A stretch of 64,000 nt of DNA from Mobula hypostoma (lineage: Eukaryota). Of this stretch, positions 23,413 through 36,095 are shown in pieces. The stretch's first letter is position 1. Every line of letters starts with the position of its first letter. The notes below the pieces were generated by a model. The model was not told the DNA's origin. It did no database searches and was given only the letters and a program-made list of their open reading frames with translations. The position numbers were made by a program, and so were the translations under genes. Location of the stretch: contig NC_086097.1 in the NCBI RefSeq assembly GCF_963921235.1, positions 146,074,001-146,138,000 on the forward strand. The letters run 5' to 3'.

Positions 23413-25614
23413 ATAAGATATAGGAGCAGAATTAGGCCATTTGGCCCATCGAGTCTACTCCACTATTTCATCATGTCTGATGCAATTTCCCCCTCAGCCC
23501 CAATCTCCCACCTTCCCCCTTGTATCCCTTAATGCCTTGACCAATCAACAATCTATCAATCTCTGCCTTAAATGTTCATAAAGACTTGATCCCCACAGCT
23601 GCCTGTGGCAATGAATTCCATAGATTCACCACTCACTGGCTAAAGAAATTCTACCACATCTCCATTCGAGAAGGACTCCCCTCTATTCTGAGGCTGTGTC
23701 ATCTGGTCTTAGACTCTCCCACCATTGAAACAACCTCTCCACATCCACTCTATCAAGGTCTTTCACAATTCGATAGGTTTCAATGTGGTCACCCCTCATT
23801 CTTCTGAATTTTACCGAATACAGTCCCAGAGCCATCAAATGTTCTTCATATGACAAGCCATTTAATGCTGGAATTATTTTTGTGAACCTCCTTTCAACCC
23901 TCTCCAGTTTCAGCGCATCCATTCAAAGCTAAGGGCCCAAAACTGCTCACAATACCCCAAAGTGAGGCCTCACCAATGCTTCATAATGCCTCAACATTAC
24001 ATCCTTGCTTTTATATTCTGGTCCTCTGAAATGAATGTTAACATTGCATTTGCCTTCCTCACCCCAGACTCAAACTGCAAATTAACCTTTAGGGAGTCCT
24101 GCGCAAGGACTCCCAAGACCCTTTGCACGTCAGTTTTGTATATTTTCTCTCTATTTAGGAAATAGTCAACCCTTTCATTTCTTCTATCAAAGTGCATGAC
24201 CACACACTCCCCAATACTATATTCCATCTGCCACTTCTTTGCCCATTCTCCTAATCTGTCCAAGTCATTCTGCAGCCTCTCTACTTCCTCAAAACTACCT
24301 GCCCTTCCACCTGGCTTAGTATCATCTACAAATTTCGCAACAAAGCCATCAATTTCATCATCCAATCATTGACATATAATATAAAAAGAATTAGTCCCAA
24401 CAAAGACCCCTGTGTAACACCACTAGTCACTGGCAGCCAACCAGAAAAGGCTCCCTTTATTTCCATTCTTTGCCTGCTGCCAATCAGCCATTACTTTATC
24501 CATGCTAGACTCTTTCCTGTAATACCATGGGCTCGTAGCTTGTTAAGCAGCTTTGTGTGGCACCTTGTCAAAGGCCTTCTAAAATTCCAAGTGTACAACA
24601 GCAACCCATTCTTCTTTGTCTATCCTGCTTGTTATTGCCGCAAAGAATTCTAAAAGATTTGTCAGGCAAGATTTTCCCATGAGGAAACCATGCTGACTAT
24701 GGCCTATTTTATCATGTGCCTCCAAGTACCCCGAGACCACATCCTTAACAATCTACTCCAACATCTCCCCAAACTCTGAGGTTAGACTAACTAGCCCATA
24801 ATTCCTTTTCTTCTGCCTCTGTCCTTTCTTGAAGAGTGGAGTGACATTTGCAATTTTCCAATCTTCTAGAACCATTCCAGAACCTAGTGATTCTTTCAAG
24901 AATTACTAATGCCTCCACAATTTCTTCAGCCACCTCCTTCAGAACCCTAGGGTGCACATCAGCAGGTCCAGGTGACTTTTTTACCTTTCAGTTTCTCAAG
25001 TACCTTCCCCCTAGTAATGTTACCTTCACACAGTTCATAACCCCTGACACCTGGAACTTCCACCATACTGCTATGGTCTTCCACAGTGAAGATTGATGCT
25101 AAATACTTACTCAGTTTGTCCGCCATTTCCTTGTTCCCCATTATTACCTCTCCAGCATCGTTTTCCGGCAGTCCGATATCTGCTCTCGCCTCTCTTTTAC
25201 ACTTTATGTATCTGAAGAAACTTTTGGTATGTTCTTTAATATTATTAACTAACTCACTTTTGTATTCCAGCTTTACCTTCCTAGTGACTTTTTTAGTAGC
25301 CTTCTGTTGATATTTAGAAGTTTTCCAATCTTCTAACTTCCCACTAATTTTTGCTCTATTATACGCTCTCTCTTTGGCTTTTATGTTGGCTTTGACTTCA
25401 CTTGTAAGCCATGGTTATGTCAATTTGCCTTTAGAATACTTATTCCTCTTTTGGATGTATATATCCTGTGCCTCCCAAATTGCTTCCAGAAATTCCAGCC
25501 ATTGATGCTCTGCCGTCATTCCTGCCAGTGTTCTTTTCCAATCAATTCTGGCCATCTCCTCTCACATGCTTTTGTAATTCTCTTTACTCCACTGTAACAT
25601 CTGGTACTGATACC

Positions 25615-25781
25615 GTGGCACGTGGCCAAGTGGTTAAGGTGTTGGACTAGTGATCTGAAGGTTGCAAGTTCGAGCCTCAGCTGAGGCAGCATGTTGTGTC
25701 CTTGAGCAAGGCACTTAACCACACATTGCTCCTGCATGTTTATAGGTGGCGGTTGGTGCAGTATGGACAAGACAAGACAAG
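25615..25781 (+). mobile_element. tRNA-derived CORE-type SINE with (GACAA)n tail
   Basis: A box TGGCCAAGTGG, B box GTTCGAGCC, CORE-like TTGTGTCCTTGAGCAAGGCACTTAACC; imperfect TSD TACTGATAC/TACCGATAC. Confidence 0.82.
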
Positions 25782-26841
25782 ATACCGATACAAATGACAT
25801 TAGCTTCTCCTTCTCAATTTCAGGGTGAATTCAATCAGGTTATGACCACTTGCCCATAAGGGATCCTTTACTTAAGGTCTCTAATCAGTTCTGGTTCACT
25901 GCACAACGCTCAATCCAGAGTAGCTGATCCCCTAGTGGGCTCAACCACCAGCAAGTATAAAAAGCCATCTCATAGGCATTCTAGAAATCCCCCCTTTGAA
26001 TCCGGCACCAACCTGATTTTCCCAATCTATCTACATATTGAACTCCCCCAAGACTATTGTAACATTGCTCTTTTGGCATGCATTTTCTGTCTCCCATTGT
26101 AACTTGTATACCACAACCTTTCTACTGTTTGGGGGTATGTATATAACTCCCAACAGGGTCTTTTTATCCCTGAAATTCCTTTGCTGTATCCACAACAATC
26201 CAACACCTTCCGACCCTATGTCACCTTTTTCTAATGATCAAATTTCATTTTTTACCAACAGAGCCATGCCACCACCTCTGCCTTCCTGCATGTCCTTTTG
26301 ATACAATGTGTATCCTTAGACATTGAGTTCCCAGCTAAAATCTTCTTTCAGCCATGATTTAATGATGCCTACAACATCATAAGTGGTGATCTGACACTGT
26401 GCTACAAGTTCATCGACCTTATTCCATTTGCTGCACGCATTCAAATATAATACCTCCAGTTCTGTATTCTCTCTTTTCAATTTTGTCCACCTTTTACATT
26501 GCAACCCATCCTGTTGACTGCAATTTTGCCCTATCATCAGCCTCTCCTTGCTAACAGCCTCACTACACGTTACTCTGATTTAAACCAACTACCTCATCTT
26601 CAGCACTATCACTCCAGTTCCCATCTCCCTGCCAAATTAGTTTAAACCCGCCCAAAAAAAACTCCAGCCAACTTGCTCACAACGATATTGGACTCCCTTG
26701 GGTTCAAGTGTAACCCATCCCTTTTGTCCAGGTCATACCATCCCCGGAAGAGATTCCAATGTTCCATAAATCTGAACCACTGTCCCCCACTGCACCAGTT
26801 CCTCAGCCACACATTCAACTGCCAAATCATCCTATTCTTAC

Positions 26842-27498
26842 AACACACACAAAATGCTGGAGGAACTCAGCAGGCCAGGCAGCAACTATGGAAAAAAGTA
26901 CAGTTGACGTTTCCATCCATGGCCTCCTCTACTGGCACAATGAGGCCACACTCAGGCTGGAGGAGCAATGCCTTATATTCCACCCTTGAAGGCTCCCCAG
27001 ACGGAATACAAGGTGTTGCTACTCCAACCTGAGTGTGGCATCATTGCGACAGTAGAGGAGGCCATGGATGGACATGTCAGAATGGGAATAGGAAGTGGAA
27101 TTAAAATGAGTGGCCACTGGGAGATCCTGCTTCTTCTGGTGGATGGAGCGTAAGTTCCCAGCGAAGCAGTCTCCCAACATATTTTGGGTCTCACCGAGCC
27201 AGTGAGATTGAGAAGGGGGAGGAGGTGTCGGAAATGGACCAAATAAATTTGAGGGCAGGGTGGAAATTGGAGGCAAAGTTAATGAAGTTGATGTGCTCAG
27301 CATGGGTGCAGGAAGCAGCACCAATGCAGTCATCATTGTAGCGTAGGAAAAGTGGGGGAGTGACAGCAGTGTAGGCTTGGAACATAGCCGACAAACACAC
27401 CTGGAACCCATGCAAGTACGCATGGTCCCACCTTTTGTTTGAAGGAAATGAGAGGAGCCAAAAAAGAAATTATTGGGGGTCCTATTCAATTATTGAAT
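26842..27498 (-). mobile_element. Rearranged Penelope insertion with 13-bp TSD
   Basis: TSD ATCCTATTCTTAC at 26829-26841 and 27499-27511; RT (LFLRYNDDCIGAAS..LKFIWSIS) and GIY-YIG fragments; internal inversion. Confidence 0.82.
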
Positions 27499-27929
27499 AT
27501 CCTATTCTTACCCTCACTGGCACATGGCACAGGCAGCAATCCAAAGATTACTACCCTGGAGATCCTGTTTCTCAGATTCCCTAGAATCTCTCTTCAGGAC
27601 CTCCTCACCTTGACTACCTATGTCATTGGTGCCAATATGTACCAAGACTTCAGGCTGCTCACCCTTGCCCTTGAGAATGCCATGGACACCAGGCATGGCC
27701 ACCAGGGAGGCAACATACCATCCGTATGTCAGTGTCACGCACTCAGAACCTCACCTCTGTTCCTCTGAATAAGGAAACTCCAATCAACACTGCAATCCTC
27801 TTCAACTCCTAGCCACAACAATCCACTGCAACCACTGCAACCCTCTGCTCTTCTGAGCCGTAACACCAGACTTAGTGTCAGAGACTCTGTCACTGTGGCT
27901 CGTCCCTCTCAATAGTATCTAAATTTGTA

Positions 27930-28206
27930 TCTTCTTTCTTCTTCAGATGTTGGCTGAGGCCTGGGCAAGGTTTTTTTTATGGAAGACCGCAGTTGCCCAT
28001 GCTGCAAGTCTCCCGTCTCCATGCCACCGATGTTGTCCAAGGGAAGGGCATTAGGACCCATACAGCTTGGCACCGGTGTCGTCGCAGAGCGATGTGTGGT
28101 TAATTGCCTTGTTCAAGGACACAACACACTGCCTCAGCTGAGGCTCGAACTAGCAACCTTCATATCACTAGACCGACACCTTAACCATTTGGCCATGTGG
28201 CACACG
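27930..28206 (-). mobile_element. tRNA-derived CORE-type SINE
   Basis: Reverse complement of the 57728-58031 family, with the 3' tail partly missing. Confidence 0.82.
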
Positions 28207-28939
28207 AATTTTGTAAACTTACTATTGATAGGAATGGCCACAGGTGAACTCTGCACTGGCTGTGTATTTCCCTTCCTTCTCCTGAAAGTCACCCAGTTAC
28301 CTGTCTCCTGCACCCTAGGGGTGACTAAATTCCCTGTAGCTCCTCTCTATCACCTCCTTATACTCCCATATGAGTCGAAGGTTATCAAGCTGCAGCTCCA
28401 GCTCCTTATTACATTCTTGCAGGATCTGCAACTCCGTGCACCTGGTGCAGATACGTTTATCTGGGAGGCTGGACTTCTCCCAGACATCCCACATCTCACA
28501 AGAGTACAAAACACTGCCCCTGGAACCATTCTCACTAAACCACTATGTCCTAATAGATGAGGAATGAACAAACAAGAACAGAGAGAGCAACTTGAAGACA
28601 CATTGCCTCACCCAGGCCCGATGAGCCAAAGCCACTCTAAAGACTGGCATACTCACAAGAATGGCTGTTCTGCTTGCATTTGAATTATTTTTATTGGTCC
28701 TTTCTAATAAATCCCTCTTGCTGACTCTCCTCAACTCAGAGAAACTGCCACGAAACACTGCCTTTATGCTTTGATGTTACAAAACATAATTCTTTCACTG
28801 CAACTTAAAACTAACATTGTTTCTCACTCAGTACTACTCCCGATGAATTGTTTTAGACATGAAACATAGATTTTGATTTTCTTTCCACAGAAGCTTCCTA
28901 ACTTGCTGAATATTTCCACCACTTTTGGAAGACAGCGTG

Positions 28940-29052
28940 TTTGGCTGAGTATCAGGGGATGTCCACCAGAGCCCCAACTCCTTCTGGGCAGACAGATGAG
29001 ACCTTGATTTAACTCTCCTTTACAAAGGACAGCACTTCCTTTAGCACTGCAC
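28940..29052 (-). mobile_element. Decayed Deu-domain SINE fragment (AmnSINE1/SacSINE1-like)
   Basis: GACAGATGAGACCTTGATTTAAC..GACAGCACTTCC..AGCACTGCAC resembles the reverse complement of the Deu domain as I remember it; a similar remnant lies at about 54075-54200. Confidence 0.4.
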
Positions 29053-30304
29053 ACACGTGAACAAGAGCAGGAGTAGGCCACTTGGTCTCCAAAGCCTTCC
29101 CCACCAATCATGGCTGATCTATGCTGGTCTCAATTCTCTCTGTGTTAGTTCTTCATCATCCTCAATTCCTTGATATTTCAATTATCTACATATCTCCAGT
29201 TCTTATTCAAGAGCAACTTTAATCCGACACCAACTAATGATGTTAGAACAGATTTTTAAATGGACTCTTCCTTTTCCAGAACCACAATCAGTCCATGGTC
29301 ATCTAATATTTTCATTGCTGGTAGGCATACTTGAAATGGTTTTGAAGCTGTGAAATCTTCCCCATGTCTTTCCGTCCCCCCCACCCCCACTCCTTCCAAT
29401 GAAGGATTATAACTTCTCTCCATGCATTAGGACTTGATGAGAGGAGGTTAGGAATTTTTAACTCTAATGAGATGGACTAACAAAATTACTCAAAAAACTG
29501 TGCTGCTGACTAGAATATTAAAACACATGCAGACAGTCAATAAGCTGAAGCTTTTGTTTTCCTGGCACTTAATAGGCTGAGATAATGTAAATAGTCACCA
29601 TCATTTTTTCCAAGGTAAGGGAGAGGGCATGAAGTTAAGATGAGAGGGGAAAGATTTAAAGGGCACTCAAGGGGCAACATTTTCCCACCTGGGGGTGGGT
29701 ATATGGAATAAGCTGCCAGAGCAAGTGGTGGAGGCAAGTACAATTACGGCATATATCAGGTAAGTGGGATAAGAAGGAGTTGTGGCCACCTTGGTGATAC
29801 AGATAAATTGGGCCAAAGGGTTTGTTTCCATGCTGTTCGATTCTATCACTCAATGATTTTATGGAAGTATACGTCCTCGGGCTAAAGTCATGCTTAGTTG
29901 GATTACTGTAAATTTTATACTCTATAAGACATCTGTAAACTTCTGTAGTTTATGCAACCAATCTCCTTTCATGTTCTGAAAATGGCCCCAGTAAATCAAC
30001 AAGCAGTAACAATAGCACCAATCGATCAAAATAGATGCATCATTTTCAGCTTGGAAGGTTGCAATTTTTGGGTTGTTACAGAGATTGGTGCTAGGTGTGT
30101 GCAACTGTTCACAATCCATATTACCGAGGAGATCCAAGTTTGTGAAAGATACAAAGCTAAGTGTCATCATGGGGTGTGAGGAGGATGCTTAGAGGAGTGG
30201 ATATGAACAGGTTAAATAAATGGGATAATGAAGTATAATGTAGAAAAATGTGAGGTCTTACACTTTAGTAATAAAAAGTTACTGCAAGTTGCTATCTATG
30301 AGAT

Positions 30305-32366
30305 CTACTTTATTGATTCCTACAGACAAGCCTGTTTATTCAGCGTACTTCCAGAATACCTGATAAAGTACGTCTTGCCAGTCTATGAGCTGTGGTTTGT
30401 TACAGCAAGATTAAATGGGGCTCTTTCTTCAGGGCATCTTCTTCATGCTTCCCAAAGTCTTATTTTCAGAACCGAAAGAAAGGATAGTCAATGACAAGGT
30501 TTTGCAAGAAGCGTGAGCGGGTACAGATGACTAACTGATGGAGGCTGCTGCAGCTGATGATCCAGGTTGCGTGGGAAGAGAGGGAAGAGAGGTGGTAATA
30601 GGAAGTAATAGCATAACCATTGTCATGATTGTCTCCCTATTTGGCAACTCTGCTTCCATGAGGGAGAGGGTGTGTGCTGTATGAGCAATTTTCAAAGAAA
30701 AATCAATTCTGTTTTAAAATTAGTATTGTCACGTACGTTGCACAAAGGCAGTAATTTTCATTCTCGGCCTTGTGCACCAGATGACAGAAGGAGAACTCCA
30801 AGCAGGCACGGTGGCTGCAATCGACACTTCTTTTCTAATTTTCACTTGTGCAATTGTTGCCTGAAGTGCTTGCAAGCTAATTGTAATCCAGGTTAGTTAA
30901 ACTCAAAAGATGTAACGTTAGAAAGCTCCACCTGTGGAGGGATGAAAATGAGGTTTAACGAATTTAAAAAAAAGAACTTGGGGGAAAAAACCTATGCGAG
31001 AATGAAGCATGGTTGACGCAGGCACGGACAAGTGAGAGAAATGCAGCAAAGCTATTAGAAACTAAAGATATAATGAATATCTCTACCCTGCTTACTTGAA
31101 AACCTCAGAGTGAAATCCCTGGAGGAGAGATGATATCAATAAAAGGTTTATTGAAGCTATGGCTATAACAAGCAGCAGCTACAGTGAGACTGTATTGGCA
31201 GAGACGAGTGCAGACATCCCACCCTGCAAAAACTCATTTCAGGGAGGTAGCACCATCAATTTGTGGGAGACTCCCGGAACTTCCGGGAGAGGTGGGATAC
31301 TTGCGAGAGTCCAAGATCTCTACTGTGTTACCGTAAATTAGTTCTGTTAAATAATACCAAGAGATTTGGTCAAGTTTTTTGTTGTGTAAGTTTTGTGAAT
31401 CGACTTTCTGTGGTTGATGAACTATTTCATCCAATGAACCAAGAAACAAGATGGTGAGCTACCCAAGATTGAAGAACCAGTGCAGGAACTAAATGGTTCA
31501 TGACATAAAGGATTTAATACGGTTGGATGCATAAATTTATTTTCACTTGAATGATCTGAATTTGATTTTCTCCAAGAACTGATTATTTTTGCAAAGACTA
31601 AATGAGATTTACTTCGTTTAAAAATTGTGATGTTGGAGAATTTGTCATGAAAGGAGTTAAACTGTATACATGTATTTTTTGGGGTTGAATTTGAGTTTGT
31701 AGACACACTGACCTGGAACTGAAACTGAAGTTAACCATAATATTTAAGAACAGGAACTCAATTAGTTTCTTAACTAACTAGCAATAAATAGAAAGGCAAT
31801 TGTTAGTCTGTAAACCTTTAAATAGGGAATGACGCTAGATCTAATTAATTAGAAAGATTGGAGTAACAAGAATTATTCTAATGAATCTCACTGATTCTAA
31901 TTGAAAAGGAATTCGGTTTTCGTTTGATATCTGAGATTTGGAATCTAAACAGAATGTTGGAATTTTGAGTGGTTCTTACTCATGTAAATATTTTCCATAT
32001 ATTGCTATTTTTTATAAACAAACTTATCTTCAGAGTGTGTGTTTTCTGTTCACTGCCTCCTTCCAATACCTACAGCTTCAAACGGCCTAATAGCACCTAG
32101 TGAGGTACTATGTAATTTGGTTTTCTCATAAAGAGTGCGGCGATCAGTCACACGGGATAAGACCAGCACTACACAGGTGTTACATGATCATGAAGAACCA
32201 AACATTTATAGCATTTAGCAGAACCTCCTTCTAATTAATACAAGTTGACTTCCAGAGCAGGTCCCAAGACAGAAATAGGAACCTGACTCAGAAGGGTTCC
32301 TATAATGGTAAGTAATTACTTACTTTGTGACAATCAGGTCATCCACAAGCTTCTCCGTTCATTTAT
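30305..32366 (-). other. Cluster of candidate spliced exons (32324-32366, 31096-31118, terminal exon from 30931) in repeat-poor DNA; probably non-coding or UTR
   Basis: Each has a pyrimidine-tract CAG acceptor; GTAAG donors follow the two internal exons; minus-strand AATAAA near 30335 and 30310; no recognisable protein. Confidence 0.35.
31210..31304. mobile_element. Short TIR-bounded element (probable hAT-type MITE)
   Basis: GCAGACATCCCACC / GGTGGGATACTTGC ends; internal palindrome CTCCCGGAACTTCCGGGAG at 31271-31289; TSD unclear. Confidence 0.45.
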
Positions 32367-32989
32367 CTGACCACCAAAACAAAAAAAAAACACTTAACAA
32401 TCCACTAACAAAATATATAAAGGGATGGCACTGGATTTCATGCTCTGCTTGCTTTTCCGGAAATAGATTCTTCAACAAAACATTTGTGCCTTGTAATAAC
32501 CCGGTCATTTAGCGTACACTTACAGTTATCATTTCTATGAAATAATTCCAAAATTTGCAGGTAACCTGAAAGTCAGCCTTATGGTAAATGATTAGGAGTA
32601 TAACAGTAGACATCACAGGGACATGGGAGAATGAAATTTAATATACAGTCTTGTGAAATTATGTACATTTATACATCAGTAATCATGCCTTAGCACACTG
32701 CTTCTGTAAACTATGCACATAAATTTGGACAGAAAAGCATTAAAAATTCAACAATTGTTCACAGTTCTCTGTCAATCATGCATCTGGTGCATTTATGTGT
32801 AAAGGCATCTAGACCTGCCAAGTGGCATCCAACTTTTGTCTAAGTGATATACAAGACTGTCCAGGATATCACTTATTGATGATCATATATACATGCACAG
32901 CTGTGGATAGCATGACATATCTGCAGTACTAAATTTAGAATTGGGTCTCCTTGCTCAAGGAAATGCACTAACACAGAAGAATTCACATT

Positions 32990-33585
32990 ACGTAGAACAT
33001 AAAGTATTTTAGCACAGTACAGGCCCTTTGGCCCACAAGTTCTGCCTTATAAAGCCTCAGCATTATCTTTGCTTTCATATGCTAAGTCCCTCGAAATGAA
33101 TGCTAACATTATAGTTGCCTTTCTTACCAACCAACTCAATCCACAAGTTAAAATTAAGGGAATCCTGCACGAATTTTTTCCACATTTAGAAAATTGTCTC
33201 TGCCGTTATTCCTTCCACTAAAGTGCACAGGCAACTTCCTATACCATATTCCATCTGCCATTTCTTTGCCATTTCTTCTTATCTGTTTAAGCCTTCCTTC
33301 ATTCTTTCTGCTTCCTCAACACTACCTATCCCTTCACCCATCGTTGTGTCATCCCAAACTTGGCTACAAATCCATCAATTCTGTCATCCAGATCATTGAC
33401 ATACAACATGAAAACAAGTGGTCCCAACACCGATCCCTGTGGAACACCACCAGTCATCGGCAGCTAACCAGAAAAGGCCCCCTTTTTCTCGCCACTCTTT
33501 ACCTCTTGCCAGTCAGCCAATCTGCTAATATTTTTCCTGTAATTCCATAGACTCCTCTGTTGTTTAGCAGCTTCATGTGCATGTT
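32990..33585 (-). mobile_element. Decayed CR1 RT and 3' fragment
   Basis: Colinear with 23960-24560 (GITGKILADWLTGKR; GVPQG motif on the minus strand). Confidence 0.75.
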
Positions 33586-34067
33586 TACTTTATTTAGCAA
33601 ACTCACCTGGAACTTACTATTGTGCACCCCACAAAGGCTGAACACTTGGAGATTAAATGTGTAAGGCCTATTCATTAGTATAATTCTTGGGTAGGAGGAC
33701 TCTGCTTTCCAGGATAAATGTTCATCTATTTTATTCTTCCATTTTAGTAATGGTGTAATGCAACAAAACTGAATCATAGAATCATAAATTAATCACAGCA
33801 GTCAATCTCTATCAAAAAGTCCCTAACAGACACAGTCGTTGTAAAGAAGTGAACTTCCTTTAGTAAAGATATTATAGCTCCACCTTGTGAACTAAAAAGG
33901 AGATGACTGTAGAAGTGGCCCCTCTAACATTTTATTCCTTTTTTGGGTCCCTTAACTCCAGCTGAACTGGACAGGAAACAGACAGGAAACTATGTTAACA
34001 ATTGACCAAAGGAAGAACAGGACATAACAGTGATTCCTTCACACTTTAATCATCAATCAGACGGGAA

Positions 34068-34410
34068 GCAGAATCAGAATGTGGTTTAATATCTTCAGCA
34101 TACATCCTGAAATTTGTTAACTTAGTGGCAGCAGTACAATGCATGATATTATAGAAAAATATAGGAAATCAGTTACGGTAAGTATATATATTAAATAGTT
34201 AAATTAAAAATAGTGCAAAAACAGAAATAATATAAATTTTTAAAAAGTGAGGTAGTGCTCATGGGTTCAATGGATCGGATGACAGAGGGGAAGAAGCTGT
34301 TCCTGAATCACTGAGTGTGTGCCTTCAGACTTCTGTACCTCCTACATGATGGTAACAGTGAGAAAAGGGCATGTCCTGGGTGATGGGGGTCCTTAACAAC
34401 AGATGCTACA
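34068..34410 (-). mobile_element. Rex1/Babar 3' fragment
   Basis: Closely matches 62768-63110. Confidence 0.8.
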
Positions 34411-34834
34411 GCAGGGCCTGAATCCAGTTGTCACAAAGAGAAATTAAAACCTCCTTTACCCCATCAGTTCTGTAGACCTGTTTGAGCTGAACTTGCATTT
34501 TATTAAACACATTAGACTCCTTAATGCTTAAAACCAAGTAATAATATTTTCAGAGAGCTTACCATGATGGCTGATATGGGAAAAGGAAAGTCACACAAAT
34601 GTATTAGGGCGAGTCTCTTGACCACAACCCCATGATTTCACGATTTTGTTACATCTTTGTAACTCACATTTAGAAATACGTAACCTAGCCTCAGATTCCA
34701 TTTCCTAGCCTCCCTTCTCTTCAGCCATAACCTAATGGTGCATATTCTCTTCAATTCATATCAAGCACATATTTACACTCATCTCACTATTATCTTCACA
34801 CTCCCCTCAACACGCCCCAGACTCTACCATCCAC

Positions 34835-34992
34835 TACACAGTAAGGCCAATCTATGGTGGCCAAATAACCTACTAAACCTCACAACTCTGGGATGTAGGA
34901 AACTAAGGTATCTGGAGGAAACCCACACAGACGCAGGAAAAATATGTCAACTCCACACAGAGAACACTGAAGGTCAGGATTAAACCCAAGGC
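34835..34992 (-). mobile_element. V-SINE (HE1-like) fragment
   Basis: GGAGGAAACCCACACAGACGCAGG..AACTCCACACAG is the reverse complement of the V-domain; a similar copy lies at about 39050-39380. Confidence 0.65.
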
Positions 34993-35393
34993 AGCGAATT
35001 TACCAGGTCTGACACTACATTTCCCTTATTATGGATTTTTTTCACCCCTGGAACTTCACCCATTTCTATCCCCACTTTTTTTTTGTGAAGGGTTATCATG
35101 AGGAATGCACTGTCTGGAAGGGAGATGGAAGCAGAAAAAAGACAGAAAACCAGATATCTACTTGAATCCAAATGTTTACTCATCTAAGAGAAAAGAGGAA
35201 TGCAGTCAAGAACGATGACAAGGTTTATACCTTGGCCAATATTTGTAGATGCCTTCTCTATTTCTCCTCCTCCTCCTGTCACAATTCATCCTGAAGCATC
35301 TTAGTGCTGCACATCTTAATTCAACTCCATCAGAAGAAGTTTTTATAAAATACTGAAGACTGTCCATCTCCCCAAACAGAACTATTTATTCTA

Positions 35394-36095
35394 CACTCAG
35401 TGACCACTTTAATAGTTACACAGGTACACCTGCTCATTAATGCACAGCAGCGTAATGGTTAGCACAATGCTTTACAGTACAGGCAACCCGGGTTCAGCTC
35501 CCACTGTTGCCTGTAAGGAGTTAGTACGTTCTCCCCGTGACTGCGTCTGTTTCCTTTGTGTGCTACGGTTTCCTCCCATAGTTGAAAGAAGTACCAATTG
35601 ATAGGTTAATTGGTCACTGTAAATTGTCCTGTGATTAGGCTAGGGTTAAATTGGGGGTTGCTGGGCGGTGTGACTCAATGGCCTGGAAGGGCCTATTCAA
35701 TACTGTATTACAATAAATAAATAATGCAAGTACCTAATCAGCCAATCATGTGGCTGCAACACAATGCATAAAAGCATGCAGACATGGCCAAAAGGTTCAG
35801 TTGTTGTTCAGACTTAACATCAGAAAGGGGAAGAAATGTGATTGTCTTTGACCATGGAATGATTATTGGTGCCAGACGAGGTGGTTTGAGGATCTCAGAA
35901 ACTGCTGATTGCCTGGGATTTTCATGTACAACAGTCTCTAGAGTTTACAGAGAATGGTGCAAGAAGCAAAAAACATCCAGACTGTGGCAGTTCTGTGGGT
36001 GAAAATGCTGGAGAATAGCAAGACTGGTTCAAATTGACAGGAAGGTGACAGTAACTTAAACAACCATGCATTACAACAGTACGTGCAAAAGAGGT
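35394..36095 (+). mobile_element. Tc1-family non-autonomous element (left TIR and N-terminal transposase), interrupted by a V-SINE
   Basis: TA-CACTCAGTGACCACTTTAATAG terminus; HGMIIGARRGGLRISETADCLGFSCTTVSRVYREW (paired-like HTH). Confidence 0.82.
35445..35721 (+). mobile_element. V-SINE (HE1-like), tRNA-derived
   Basis: A/B boxes, V-domain TTCTCCCCGTGACTGCGT..TTTCCTCCCA, (TAAA)n tail; TSD TAATGCA at 35438-35444 and 35722-35728. Confidence 0.85.

Larger units (their letters stand above)
23413..28762 (-). mobile_element. Apparently full-length but decayed CR1 (5' UTR, ORF1 zinc finger and esterase, APE, RT, 3' UTR) with nested SINEs and Penelope
   Basis: CEMWDVWE..CTRCTELQIL (28315-28509); VLVHIGTNDIG (esterase); WNLFRG..DGLHLNPR; YLNACS..YDVVGI..WL; AKFVDDTK; TAAGATATAGG tail at 23413. 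Confidence 0.85.

Noticed and set aside
25615..25690. tRNA gene (also at 35445, 49889 and 57728)
   Set aside because: These are A/B-box heads fused to CORE or V domains and tails, mostly with TSDs, so they are SINEs.
27979..28560. 193-aa + strand ORF
   Set aside because: It is antisense read-through of a SINE and CR1 ORF1 sequence.
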